In this document: positions 11,934 through 23,597 of the stretch, one piece after another
Numbering within the stretch: the first letter of the stretch is position 1
Layout: each line of letters starts with the position of its first letter
NCBI GenBank assembly: GCA_001179505.1
Contig: CDMY01000662.1
Location: 1-34,905, forward strand
Reading direction: 5' to 3'
Origin: Vitrella brassicaformis CCMP3155
Lineage: Eukaryota > Protista > Chromerida
DNA: 34,905 nucleotides
The notes under the pieces: generated by a model
Database searches by the model: none
What the model saw: only the letters and a program-made list of their open reading frames with translations
Told to the model about the DNA's origin: nothing
Program-made: the position numbers and the translations under genes

Positions 11934-12824
11934 GAGCACATATGGATTTTCGTGTGTGTCTGGGGGTGGGGTAGGGAGTGGGGTGGCTGCTTACAGAAGG
12001 TGGTGGTGGCTGTGGTGGGGATGACGACATGGCCTGGTCATGGTCAGCGGCCTTGTCATCGGCCCGTTTCTCGCCGTCGACGTCTGTCTTGCGCTGGGGC
12101 GGCTTCGCCTTGTTGGCTGACCATACACAACACAACACAACACACCGCACGATACACACGCAGATCTGTGTAACTCTGTGTGTGTGTGTGTGCTGCGCTG
12201 CGCATACCCTTGTTTCTGTTGGCCACAGCGGGTGCGTTGTGGACCAGCGCCGCAGCAGCGGCGGCACGTGACTTGCGCGACTCCCGCTTGGCCTTGAGCA
12301 GCTCCGATAAGGGGGTGCCCTGCAGTGCACGTGGCACAACCACATTCACATTCACAGACACACTCGTACGTGGCCATCCATCCATCCATCCATCCATCCA
12401 TGTCTGTCTGTGTGTGTAAGTCTGCTATGGACCTCTTTGGTGATCGGGTCGACCCCAGTCAGCTCTACCTGCCGCCCTGCCAGCACACACACACACACAC
12501 ACACATGCATGTGTGTGTGAGGATTCTGTGTGTGTTGTGGCCGTCCATGCCTCTGAGTGTGTCGAGAGTGTCCTTCTGCTGCTCGTGGACCCCGCGGCAC
12601 TTGGACACCAAGGCGTCAAAGACACCCTCAGGACTCATCTCGATCTCCATCCCTTGCCCCTGCTCTCGCTCTTCACCGCCATTCACCTCTGCCGCTGCCG
12701 AAGCTGCTGAAGCCGCCGCTGCTGCCGTTTTGGCTTTTGCCTCAATCGCACCATCACCACTCCCCTCATCGGCAGCGCCGTGCTCCCCGCCCTCCTTGTC
12801 TGCCGCTGCCTCCGTTGAGTCCAT
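6026..12824 (-). CDS. PPP1R10: PNUTS/PPP1R10-like PP1 nuclear-targeting subunit (TFIIS N-terminal domain, RVxF motif, RGG/His/Gln-rich C-terminus); 23 exons reconstructed
   Basis: The spliced protein has ERKIALEVVAPSSSDALAGFVQHGGVGVMVDWL...ICDILGVLDRLAMNKRTLTDTGVGKCVNRLTK...VKALAKQIVDKWKKQI (TFIIS-N fold). KTVRFKPAEEGLLHTVYFSYDE follows (RVxF at 8949-8963 plus aromatic motif; compare recalled PNUTS K[ST]VTWPEEGKLREYFYFELDE). Then FLSKCREEHMSERHSL (compare FGEAAKREILSDRHAF), a WxWP motif and RGG repeats at about 6550-6720. All exon phases are consistent. The homology is recalled, not searched. Confidence 0.78.
10332..10631. other. Assembly gap (300 N)
   Basis: Run of n characters inside an intron of the PNUTS-like gene. 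Confidence 1.
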
Positions 12825-13127
12825 TCCCTCAACCAGTCGCGGCGGTTTCGCCCTGCTGACTCATGGCTGAAGCATGGTGATGCTAGAGGGGCTCACTACA
12901 AGTCGTATCAGGCACAAGAATGGGGAAATCAGCAACACGCCGATGATCGAATGGAAGGCGAGCTTTGTGCGAGAAGATCTCATGGCGCAAGTTGTGGCGA
13001 AAGGCGCGATGCCGAAGATACACAACGGCCGCTGACGGTTCTTGGTGTCTTATTGGTTGATTGCAAGAGCCTGTTGTGAGAGGAATCTGAGTGCTGCGCC
13101 GTCGGTGCTGGTGGGAAGGAGGAGGTC
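12825..13127. promoter_or_regulatory. Putative bidirectional promoter/5' UTR region between the PNUTS-like gene (-) and AGXT2 (+)
   Basis: 303 bp separate divergent start codons. Inferred from gene geometry only; no specific motif identified. Confidence 0.4.
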
Positions 13128-14103
13128 ATGAATTTCGTGACATCACAATGCACGCGGCGGAGTCCGTTGCGCGCGTGTGCGCGGTGGGTGTCGACTACTG
13201 CCGAGGTGGATGAGTTGGTGAGTGAACACACCCACACATCCAGAGAGAACACCCATCGATGACACATGCTCTGTGTGTGTGTGTGCAGGTGACGCCTCAC
13301 CCGCGGTATCTGCCAGACATCGAGTACACCCAGCCGAAGTACAGGGTAGGTAATGTGGGCTGAAAAAGATGGATCGGCGTATGGGTGAATGTCATGTGTG
13401 TGTGAGTGTGTGCAGGGTCCGTCAAAGGAGGAGATCCTGTCGCTGCGGCAGACGCACCACGGGCATGTCTTCCACTACTACCGGCACGCCACACACATAC
13501 ACATACACACACGCCCAACACACACGCACGTGACAAACACACACGCACGCATATGTGTGTGTGTGTGTGTGTGTGTGTCTGGCCACCTACTTGCAGGATG
13601 CCGGTGATGATAACGGACGGGCACATGCAGTACTTGTTTGACGAAGAGAGGAGGAGATACCTCGGTGGGCGGGAGGAATGGGTGGGTGGATACATACAGG
13701 CTGACAGACAGGGAGGGCGGGATGTGTGGGCGTGCATCTGGTGCAGATCTGTTTGGCGGCATCGTCACTGTGTCTGTGGTACGTCTGCGTCAGTCAAATG
13801 TGCATCAGATTTACTTTGTGATATTACACCATATACACCATTGCCGTGTGTGTGTGTGTGTCCTATATATGGTTAGGGTCACTGTCACCCCGAGATCGTC
13901 AAGGCTGGCGAGTCGCAGATGCGGAAGCTCATGCACACCACACACGTGTACCTCAACCCTGAGATGGTCAGACACGACACGCAGCCATGCAGTCGATTCG
14001 ACATTTTGCGGGGGTGAATACAGGCCCTGTATGCCAAGGAGCTCACGGACAAGTTCCCCGGACACCTAAAGGTACACGCACACACCCGACACACCCGACA
14101 CTT

Positions 14104-14156
<53 letters not shown>

Positions 14157-16100
14157 ATGTCTGTGTAGTCTGCCTTCTTCGTCAACTCGGGGTCAGAGGC
14201 CAACGAGCTTGCCATACTGCTGGCGCGTGTGTACACAGGTACGTTCACAGGCGGCATGCACTGCGTCCGTCTGCGCACACACATCGAACCATCGTGTGTG
14301 TGTGTGTGTGTGCAGGCAACTATGACATGATCGCCTTGCGCAACTCCTACCACGGCGCGAGCTACCTGGTGGGTGACTTACTTGCACACACCACACAGAC
14401 AGACAGACAGAGAGAGGGAGAGGCGGGAGAGGGGGAGACACACAAATGGTGTAGGTGTGTGTGTGTGCAGACGATGGGAGCCGGTGGGATGCACACGTGG
14501 AAGTACAACCTCCCCATGGGCTTCGGCTTCCATCACGCCGCTAATCCCAACATTTACAGGCAACACATGACTCATAAACACACACACACACACAGACAGA
14601 CAGACAGACAGACAGAGAGAGAGAGAGAGGGGCGAGTGGGCGAAAGGCGCGTGTCCGTGTGGTACGCCTGTGTGTGGTGTAGGTCCGTGGTGCCGAAGCG
14701 TGAAGCGGCCGACTTCTATGCGGCTGATGTCATGGACATCATCAAAGGCGCCACACCCGGACGGCTCGCGGGATACATTCACGAGACCATTCAGGTAGGT
14801 CAGGTGGAGGCGACAGACAAGAGCACAAAAGGGCCAGCCACAGACGCAGCAGCCAGCTTCTCTCTCTCCGTGTGTCTGTCTGTGTGCTGTGCCTGTCTGT
14901 GTGGATGTGTGTCATTCATCAGGGTGTGGGTGGTGCGGTGATGTACCCCGACGGCTACCTCAAGATGGTCTACGAGATGGTCAGAGAACACGGCGGACTC
15001 TGCATCGCCGACGAGGTTCAGGTGAGGACACATGGATGCGCACCCACCCACCCACCCAGAAACACACATACAGAGACAGAGAGAGAGGGATGTGATGTGT
15101 CCGTGTGTTTGTGTGAGTATTGTAGACGGGATTCGGCCGCACCGGGACGCACTACTGGGGTTTCGAGACGCAGGGCGTCACTCCTGATATCGTCACCATG
15201 GCCAAAGGTGGGGCACAGATTGACGGATGCACACACAGACTAAACAGATGCATCGGTGCGCATCTCTCTCTCTCTCTCTCTCTGTATTTGTGTGTGTGTG
15301 TCTCCAGGGATCGGCAACGGCTTCCCCTTGGGTGCGGTCGTGACGACGCCCGAGATCATGGAGGCTGTCAGCAGAAAGTTATTCTTCAACACGTTCGGCG
15401 GTAATCCGGTCGCTTCGGCGATTGGCCGTGCAGTGCTGCGCGTGATCGACGACGAGAACCTGCAGGTCAGTAAACACATTCACACAGACGATGGGCATCC
15501 GCACACCCGCTTATGTGTGCAGGCGCACTCGGCCAACGTGGGCACGTTCCTCAAGACCCAGCTGACGAAGCTGAAGGAGAAATATGAGATCATCGGCGAC
15601 GTCAGGTGATCTGACGCACAACAGAGGCACAACACACTCAGAGCTATCTCTGATACACGACTCACTGTTTGTGTGTGTGTGTGTGTATCTCCAGGGGTCG
15701 TGGTCTGATGGTGGGCATCGAGTTCGTCAAAGACAGAGAGACGAAGGAGCCTGCCAAAACGGTACACATGCACACCACATCCAGACAGGGAGCGATGCAT
15801 CGGTGTATATGCTTCGACAGGAGACGATGGAGCTTCACGAGATGCTCAAGAACCGGGGCGTGCTGGTGGGCAAGGGCGGACTGTACGGCAACGTCTTCAG
15901 GTAATTACGCGGGCAGCCACATATAACATACAACTCACACATCATCTCTCTCTCTCTCTCTCTCTCACTCTCTGTGTGTGTGTGTGGGTAATAGGATCAA
16001 GCCCCCGATGTGCGTGACTGTAGAGGACATGGAATACTTCGTGTACCACCTGGAGCAGGCCATTCGACAGCTCACCGGACTGTCGGTCACCGGACTGTGA
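13128..16100 (+). CDS. AGXT2: Alanine-glyoxylate aminotransferase 2-like, class-III PLP-dependent, probably mitochondrial (18 exons)
   Basis: Spliced motifs [77 protein letters not shown] (PLP Lys at 15204-15206), [12 protein letters not shown] and [17 protein letters not shown]-rich, acid-poor N-terminus [23 protein letters not shown]. Confidence 0.93.
14102..14156. repeat. Compound (CT)n(GT)n microsatellite at the 3' end of AGXT2 intron 7, representative of dozens in the window
   Basis: Directly visible; intron 14072-14168. Confidence 0.9.
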
Positions 16101-16122
16101 TCGGTGTGATTGGTGTGATGAC

Positions 16123-18286
16123 CTACCGACCTTGGGCTGGGCGCTGTGTATGATAGCGGGTGTGTTGAATTGAGAGGATTTGTCTGTTCATTGGTGTGGG
16201 AGGGTGTGGCAGACGTGCCTGTCTCCGTGAATGACTTGCCCCACCATGGGGTGACCGTCCGAGATATGGGGCAACGTCAAATGACAAATCCATCACGGAT
16301 ACCTGGTATACTTCGCACAAGCGAGAAGTTAAGACAGACAAGTAAGAAAGATCGACACTCTTATCAATCTCACGTATGAAGCATCTCACATGTGTCGAGA
16401 TGTCTCTCAAACGAAAATCCTCTCGCGTGCATATCACCATATTGGCGATACACCACAAAGGCTATCTCTGTACATGTCCCATATGTATGCACACCGGTGC
16501 ACATTCGCACGCAAGTTGACTTCAACACACGCGCAGCCTCTCATCTCCGCGACACTGCCTCCAGCAGCAGTCCTGACTTCACACCCACTCGGCCGAAGGC
16601 GCTGGCGATCGTATTGACATTTTTCTGAGATGCGGCGCGAAGCTTCTGCGGAGACCGCTTGAGCTCAACAGCCATTTCTAAAGGAAACACATATCACTAA
16701 GCGGGATGACAGTCTGTGTGCCTGTCTGCCTGCCTGTCTGTCTGTCTGTCTGTATGTGTGTCTGTCTGTCGCCGACCTGTGAAGAGCTCCTGAACGATCG
16801 GCTTCACGGCTGCCCTCTCCACCTCTTTCTTCTGCCTTTTGAGGCATGACAGCAGCCGACCCATGCTAGCAGTAAATCTCGCCATGTCGTCAGCCGAGAA
16901 GTCACTCATCCTCCGCAGGGCCGCTCGAGCCAGCATCGTAATCAGTGGCTGGTCGACGGCATTCCTGCCAACGTGGCCATAGCTGGTCGCTATCTGATTT
17001 AGCTGGATCGGTTCCAGTTTTCCGTCCTGCGCCAGCGATGTGATAATGGGCTTGGCTGCAATATAAAGACGCGGACGAGACTCAGGATCATAGATCTACA
17101 CACACGGACACACAGACACGCACACGGGACTCATCCAGGTATCATGGCTGAGCCTTGTGTGGGAGCGGTAAGCAGGCTTGTGTCTTACTGCTGAAGTATA
17201 GAAAAGGAAAAGCGACAGGCTGCTCTCGTAACGGTGGAAATCGCCAAGGTTGGGAATCGCCAGCTGCTCCATCCGATGGAACAGACCCTTAACGCGCTGC
17301 CTCGAGAGAACACCCCGAAGAATAGACAGTGAACGAGCCAACGATGACCAGGTCACTGGCGTAAAGAACATTATTGATTTCCCTTCGCCCTTCTCCTGTT
17401 GGCTGCACGCCTCGTCCAGCAGCACGCCTAACCGATCAGTGACGGGCTCAAGAAACGAAGCGTTCTGATTGCGCAGGTCTGCACTGGCAAAGAACACATT
17501 CGTCACATCCGCCAGAGTCGTCTCATTGATGTTGGCCAGGAAGGAAGATTGCAAGGCCGTGATAAGGGTGGGCGGACATGCCTTCAGCTTGACCATATCC
17601 CTCATCAAGCTGGCGCACTGCCTGGAACTGAAGTCATCGATCCTATTGATAGCCTCCTGCGCAATCATCTCAGTCATCTCCGAGTCATCAATGCGCAGCC
17701 GGGCTAGCGCGAGAGCGAACTGAGTCAAACAGATAGCGTCGACAGTCCCCTTCTCTCGCAAATAACCGACACACATCCCCAGCAGCTCCTTGAAGCGCCG
17801 GTCTGGCAGCAGCTGCTCGCCCCTCACAGTGATATTGTTAGTGATGTGGAATACGGCCGTAGCGGCATTCACACAGCTGAACCCCTCAGACAAGCGCTCC
17901 ACGATATCGAGAATCTCCTCAACACCGCCCGCCCCGAGAATCATCTCGTTTATCTCTGTGGGAGTGGACATCAGTTCAACGACCGGCTGAATGTCCTGAG
18001 CAGATGATAGAAGAAAGGCACGGCTGAGAGCAGAGGCCAGCACCGTTAGCTTGATGCCCTGGGCAGCTGACGACGACGATACCCGTCTGTGTGTTGTTGG
18101 TGTGATGGCGATGGATCTGTGCCGTCTTCTTGGCACGATGGGAGGCGACAGGAAGGCAGAGAGGCGCCTCCGTTCGATGCTTTGCTGGCGTCGAAAGGCG
18201 TGGCTGATGAGAGGAAAGATGAGCACCACCGCCAAGACGGAAGCCATCATTGTCACAGCAGGGCACTGCATGATCAACATGGGCAT
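16123..18286 (-). CDS. Alpha-helical repeat protein (OPR/HPR/RAP-FASTK-like) with a bipartite plastid-targeting presequence; 3' end uncertain (16541 or about 16123)
   Basis: Signal peptide MMASVLAVVLIFPLISHA is followed by FRRQQ and an R/S-rich transit-like stretch. Degenerate repeats include DDFSSRQCASLMRDMVKL, FTPVTWSSLARSLSIL, LEPIQLNQIATSYGHVG, SDFSADDMARFTASMGRL and ASQKNVNTIASAFGRVG. Large first exon, then in-frame GT-AG introns. Confidence 0.65.
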
Positions 18287-18511
18287 TGGATGCGTTGTTG
18301 TCGATGAGTGATCAGACGGCCGATGGATCAGATCAGCCAGGTATTTGCTCAAATCCCTGTTCCATTTAAGCTCGCAAAAGTCCGATCGGTTGTGGGAGGA
18401 AGCACCTTCCATCGGCGGGAGCCCATTTCACACGCTGGTGGAGTCCGAGGCCATCTCTGTGCCAACCAACCTGAGATAATCGATATCATCGCTTTCGTTT
18501 CGTCGTGACAG

Positions 18512-19445
18512 ATGCGCCGTGTGAAGGCCAAGCGTGGTCCCGCCGTCACGTGTCAGGCCGCCGCAGCACCGCCGCAGCTGAGCACCGAAGCAGTCGCAGA
18601 GGTCATGAAATATCTGCCCAGCGGGGCTGATGTTGGACGGGCTGAGAGGGTGTGTCGGGTGTGGCGGGAGGCCTCGCGTGTGGGCAAGCATCATGTGTGG
18701 GCGGCTCGGGTGGATGAGCACAAAGCCAAGATCGGCAATGCACGGTACGCTCAGCAGAAGCCATGAATCGGAGTGGCTTGATGGACTGACTCTGCTGTCT
18801 GTGTGTGTGGGTCGTGCAGGCTGACGTATGGCATGAGGGCTGGAGGCCGGTTTGACCACGGGAGCAGCAAGGAGCAGTACGTGGCCGCTGCGTGCACCGA
18901 GTGCGGCTCACTGGCCACATATGAGCTGAGTAAGTCTGTAGGAATCAATCCACACGTGTCTGTTTGTGTGTGATGACCGGTCTTTGTGTGTGTCCTCCGT
19001 GGGTGTGCAGCCAAGTACGGTATCCGGCTGTGCGAGCAGTGTGCGCAGGCAAGCCGAGCTACACACACACACACACACACACACACATGGATGGATGGAT
19101 GGATGGATGGATGAATGTGTCAATGGTCCTCCCTTACACACATCCATACACGCAGGCCGACATGAGTGACACGACGACGTTCCCCAAGTGCCGGAAGGAC
19201 CCGCACCTTTTCGCAAAACTCACCGTAGGCAATGCAGCACACACCCATTGCTGGTGTCTGTCTGCCTACCTGCCGTGTATGTGTGCCGTTTGTGTGTCCA
19301 GAAGGCGTTGTGTCAGCTGGGCGGCGTCCGTTGTGTGGGCAGCATGATGGCCATCACCCCCACTCCCCCCGCCCAGCGACGAGCCAACCGACGGCCCCGG
19401 CGGCGCGCCCAGATGACCGGCGGCATGATCGAGCTCTCGCCCTGA
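18512..19445 (+). CDS. F-box protein with CxxC-x15-CxxC zinc finger, copy A (5 exons)
   Basis: F-box-like PQLSTEAVAEVMKYLPSGADVGRAERVCRVWRE. Spliced CTECGSLATYELTKYGIRLCEQC. Ends MIELSP-stop. Exon structure is corroborated by the paralog at 24380-25387. Confidence 0.75.
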
Positions 19446-20514
19446 CCCACTCAAGTGTGCACAATGGATGGGTGGCTGTTCGGTGGTGGGCGGCCATGTG
19501 ATGCGTTGCGACCGATGGACACACTCTCCTCGATATGGGTATCCCTATGCCGGCACTGATGTACAGCGGGCGGGTACTCGGCGGGGCTGCATGTCAGTGT
19601 GTGGACGTGTGGATGTGGCTGGCCAGCGGTGGGATGAGTGAGACTCGCGTGTGGTGGTGTGCAGACACATGTGCATGGATCCATCTGCATGGGCCGTCTT
19701 CTCTCGTCTGTCAGTGATTGACCCATCGCCATCGTGTGTGGAGCCATGGTTCTGTACCGACACACCCACTCAGACAGACAGGTCTTCATGACTGAAAACG
19801 ACAAACGGCATCATCACATGAACCAGCTTGCCACATACACTCACAGCAACTTACTCTCAGCCATTTGTCATCCGTTTCCACCCTTGTGCGCACCCAAGTC
19901 AGTCAGCACACGGCAACGAAAGCGACAACACGTACGTCATCTGTGCTGCCTGCCCTCATTCCTTGCCACGGGCCAACCCAAGAGAGAGATGGAGACCACA
20001 CAGAGGAAAGACCAAAGAGGAAATGAGTGTGGGTGCGCAGACAGCCGAATACACAGAATGCCATGCCATGCAGGCCAGGCCCGTGTGTATATGTAATATG
20101 TGTCGGGTGATATGTACAAATACGTATGTATATGAATACACATACACAATACACATGGACATGGACATGAAACGATTGCACACAGGTTCGCCGCAATTCG
20201 CCGACGCAGATAACCGAGACGATGGAGGACACTTGAACGAAAATCGTCCGCTCCCAAGACCTCTCTCTGTTTGTTTCTGTCTGTTTGCTTCTGTCTGTCT
20301 GTCTGTCTGTCTGTCCCCTGCCTGTCTGTGCATCTCGCCCCACCGCCGACGCTCACGTGTGAGTCATGCCGTCGGCACACACACGTCCGTCGGCGATGAG
20401 CATGATACAAGCAGGCAAAGGATCTGACCAAGCAGACCAATGGACAGTCGTATGTGTGGAGGGAGGGATGTGACCCTCTCTCCACCTCTCTCTCACAGTT
20501 ATGCCTCTTCGGTG

Positions 20515-20722
20515 TGTGTGTGTGGTGGTTCGCCTGTCTGTCTGTGTGCCGGCCGTGTGTGTCGGGTGCATCAACGAGAGACGGCAACACTCTCGTGAGC
20601 AACCGTCACACCAAGCTCGACCACAGACGGCAAACGAACCACTCCCCAGCAAAAAACACAGCACAGCACACAGATGCATCAGCAGCCAGCCACTCGATCC
20701 TCATTTCTGTCTGTCAGCCGTC
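20515..20722 (+). repeat. Diverged ~200-bp direct repeat, copy 1
   Basis: Aligns with 21310-21509. The last 44 nt (20679-20722) are identical to 21466-21509, and both copies share cgggtgcatc.acgagaga.ggc...actctcgtgagca. Confidence 0.85.
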
Positions 20723-21309
20723 ACTGTCATTCGCTCTCCGCCCCCAACTCACCGGCCGACACACAGTAGTTCGTGGGCAGCTGACAAGTTGGAGGCCGAG
20801 TTCAAATGACAGTGCAGCCAGACAGCCAGGCAGCGACCGGTACAAAACCAGCACCACACCATGCACACATACGAATACACAAGCAGACAGAAGGAGAGAG
20901 GACACTTGCAGATCCTCCCCCAATTTCACGCCGTCCCTCCCTCTGTCTTGCCTCTCTGTCTGTCTGTCTGTCTGTCTGTGTCACTCTCATCACCGACACA
21001 CATATGAACGTCAGCAGACAGGAATCCTGACGAAATCCCATATAATATCTCTCTTCCAGTGTGTGTTTGTGTGTGTGTGGACTGTCCATCCGCCCACGTA
21101 CACAAAACACATGAATGATACACACATCGATGTGCGTATTCATGTGTCGGTGTCTCGTCCGCCTTCACTACAAAACACGCGGCATCCATCAACACGGTGC
21201 CACCGCACACGAACGACAAAAAAGCACAGCCACGGTCTTTCCCATCCCGCTCCCCAACACGGCAATTGACACGTGCGCAGCCAGCCAGTCAGTCAAACCA
21301 TATGTGCCC

Positions 21310-21509
21310 GTGAGTGTGTTCGTCTGCCGTCTGTGGGACGGCCATGTGTGACGGGTGCATCGACGAGAGATGGCCACTCTCGTGAGCACGCGTACCACAC
21401 TGCCAAACTAACAGACGCGGCGAGCGAACGACACCCAGCAAAACACAGCACAACACACAGATGGGTCAGCAGCCAGCCACTCGATCCTCATTTCTGTCTG
21501 TCAGCCGTC
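21310..21509 (+). repeat. Diverged ~200-bp direct repeat, copy 2
   Basis: See copy 1; tcagcagccagccactcgatcctcatttctgtctgtcagccgtc occurs in both. Confidence 0.85.
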
Positions 21510-21768
21510 GACTTGCTGATGATGGCCGGAGAGTTTTGCTGGTGATGGGCAGAGGGCAGCCGAGCTCAGCAGTGAGGCGGGGGAGGGAGATCTGCATCTC
21601 GAAGGCCGGGGAGGGGTCTGGTGATCCAGCCTGCACTCACACAGAGGAAGATGATACCTGGATAGGGGCGTTCAGTGCATGTGTTGTGTGCTCACTGGTC
21701 TGCTGCCTTCCTTCTCCCTGAACCTCTCTCTTGCTTGAGCTCGCAGAAGAGGCCAAACGAAGCGAACC

Positions 21769-23597
21769 ATGCGGAGGCGTCTTCCTGCCATCGTACTGTC
21801 CATTCCAGCACGCAGACCACCATCCCGATGTGCGCTAGTCCACCGCCGCAGCGCATCGTCAGCATCATCGTCGCTGCTGGCATCGTCCCGTGTGCGTCAC
21901 AATGTGTGGCAGCCACCGAGCAAGGAGCTGCGTAAGCCCGACCCAGAGCCGCCCGAGCACCCACCACTCAAAGAAGATGTCATGGTGCGCTTCGCGAGAG
22001 AGAGATCTATGCGTCCACACATAGATCTGCACCATTGTTCATCAGCTGGCATCTGTGTGTGTCCGTGTCAGTTCACATGGAAGGGCGCTTTGTTTCTGTC
22101 GGCCGTGACGGCGTGAGTGAGAGATGCAGGCAGGCTCGTAATGGTTGCGATATCTTCTGTGTGTGCGTGCGTGTGTGTGTGTGTGTGTGTGCAGTGGTGG
22201 TGTGGCGATCTTCCTGTTTGAGAGGCAGCGGGTCATGACGCGCAGACGAGGTGAGAAGACGCTCACACTCACCCGACGGACCATCTCACCTGTTGTCTGC
22301 GTTGTGTGGTTGTGTCTGGTCAGTCCAAGTGGAGGAGTCGAAAATCGGCAAGCCGAAACTGGGTCGGTGAGCAGCACTCACTGCAGTGCACCGCGCCAAG
22401 CCGACTGCTTCTCATGTTTAAGTGTCCGTGCAGGTGGTCCGTGGACTTTGTACGACCGTGAGGGCCGCATCGTGTCGGACAGCGACCTCCGGGGCAAATA
22501 CCAGCTCATCTACTTCGGTCAGCCAGCCCCGGCTGGCGTGGCAGCCAATGCAAACCAACAACACATCATGCGCCAAACAATGAATGGGCTCTCTCTTTCT
22601 CCAATTCTGTGTGTCTGTGTGTATAGGTTTCACCTTTTGCCCCGACATCTGCCCGCAGGAACTGGAGAAACAGGCGGCCGTCATCGAGAAGCTCGGTGGG
22701 CATGTAGTGTGTAAATGAGTGTATGAGGCACATGTAGCACATCTCCATCGTTGTGTTGTGTTGTGTGTGCAGATGCCAAGTTTGGCGAGGTCGTGCAGCC
22801 GGTCTATGTCTCTGGTACGTTCACGTGGAGCGAACGGCAACGCGCATACACACACTATACATGTATCGTCATCCATTCCGTCGATCAGTCGACCCTGGCC
22901 GCGACACATGCGCGCAAGTGGACGCTTACTGCAGGGGTAGGGTACCTACCACAACACATCACCCAACCACACACACAAGTGTGCGCGTGTGTGTGTGCGT
23001 AGAGTTCCACCCGCGCCTGATTGGTCTGACGGGGACGCCCGCACAGATCAAGAACATATCGAAGGCTTTCCGGGTCTACTACAATGAAGTCAGCTGAGCA
23101 ATACACACCACGCGGACCAAGCCGAGCGGACACACATCAGTATGATGGATGTGTCTGTCTGCACGTTATCTATCAGGGCATCCGCACTGACGAGGAGGAC
23201 TACCTTGTGGACCACTCTATCATTCAGTACCTGATGGGCAAGGGAGGGAAGTTCAAAGAGTTCTTCGGAAAGAACCTTACAGTGCAGGAGATGGTCGGCA
23301 GCACACCCACACAAACACGCACACACGCATCCACACCACCAACTCGTGTATGTGTGTGTGTGTGTGTGTGTGTGGTCAGGCCGATAAGATCTCCGACATC
23401 ATCAAGAGCGACCAGGATCGGGAAAGGCGGAAACGAAGTCAGTCAGCCCGCCAGCCAGCCAGCCAGCACACACACACCCCTCCTGCACACAAGGTCTGTT
23501 CTTTCATGTCGTGTGTGGCGTGCGTCCGTGTGTCTGTGTGTGTTCATTCATTCATTCAGAGGGCCGCACACAGGAGATCGACGACGACGACGATTGA
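21769..23597 (+). CDS. SCO1: SCO1/SenC copper chaperone for cytochrome c oxidase assembly, mitochondrial (12 exons)
   Basis: R/S-rich presequence, a TM segment ([22 protein letters not shown]), [30 protein letters not shown] (CxxxC at 22638-22652), [23 protein letters not shown] and DYLVDHSII (His ligand). Stop at 23595-23597. Confidence 0.95.

Noticed and set aside
16072-16100. 12-nt tandem duplication (tcaccggactgt twice) at the AGXT2 C-terminus
   Set aside because: Small slippage event in a non-conserved tail; no functional implication visible.
16500-16560. In-frame TGA (16543-16541, minus) in ...EAVSRR*EAARVL..., suggesting readthrough or selenocysteine
   Set aside because: Phase-0 donors upstream (CGA|GTGGGT, GCA|GTGTCG) can splice to GATAG|CCT and skip it, or it is simply the stop. 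No SECIS evidence, and all other genes use TGA as stop.
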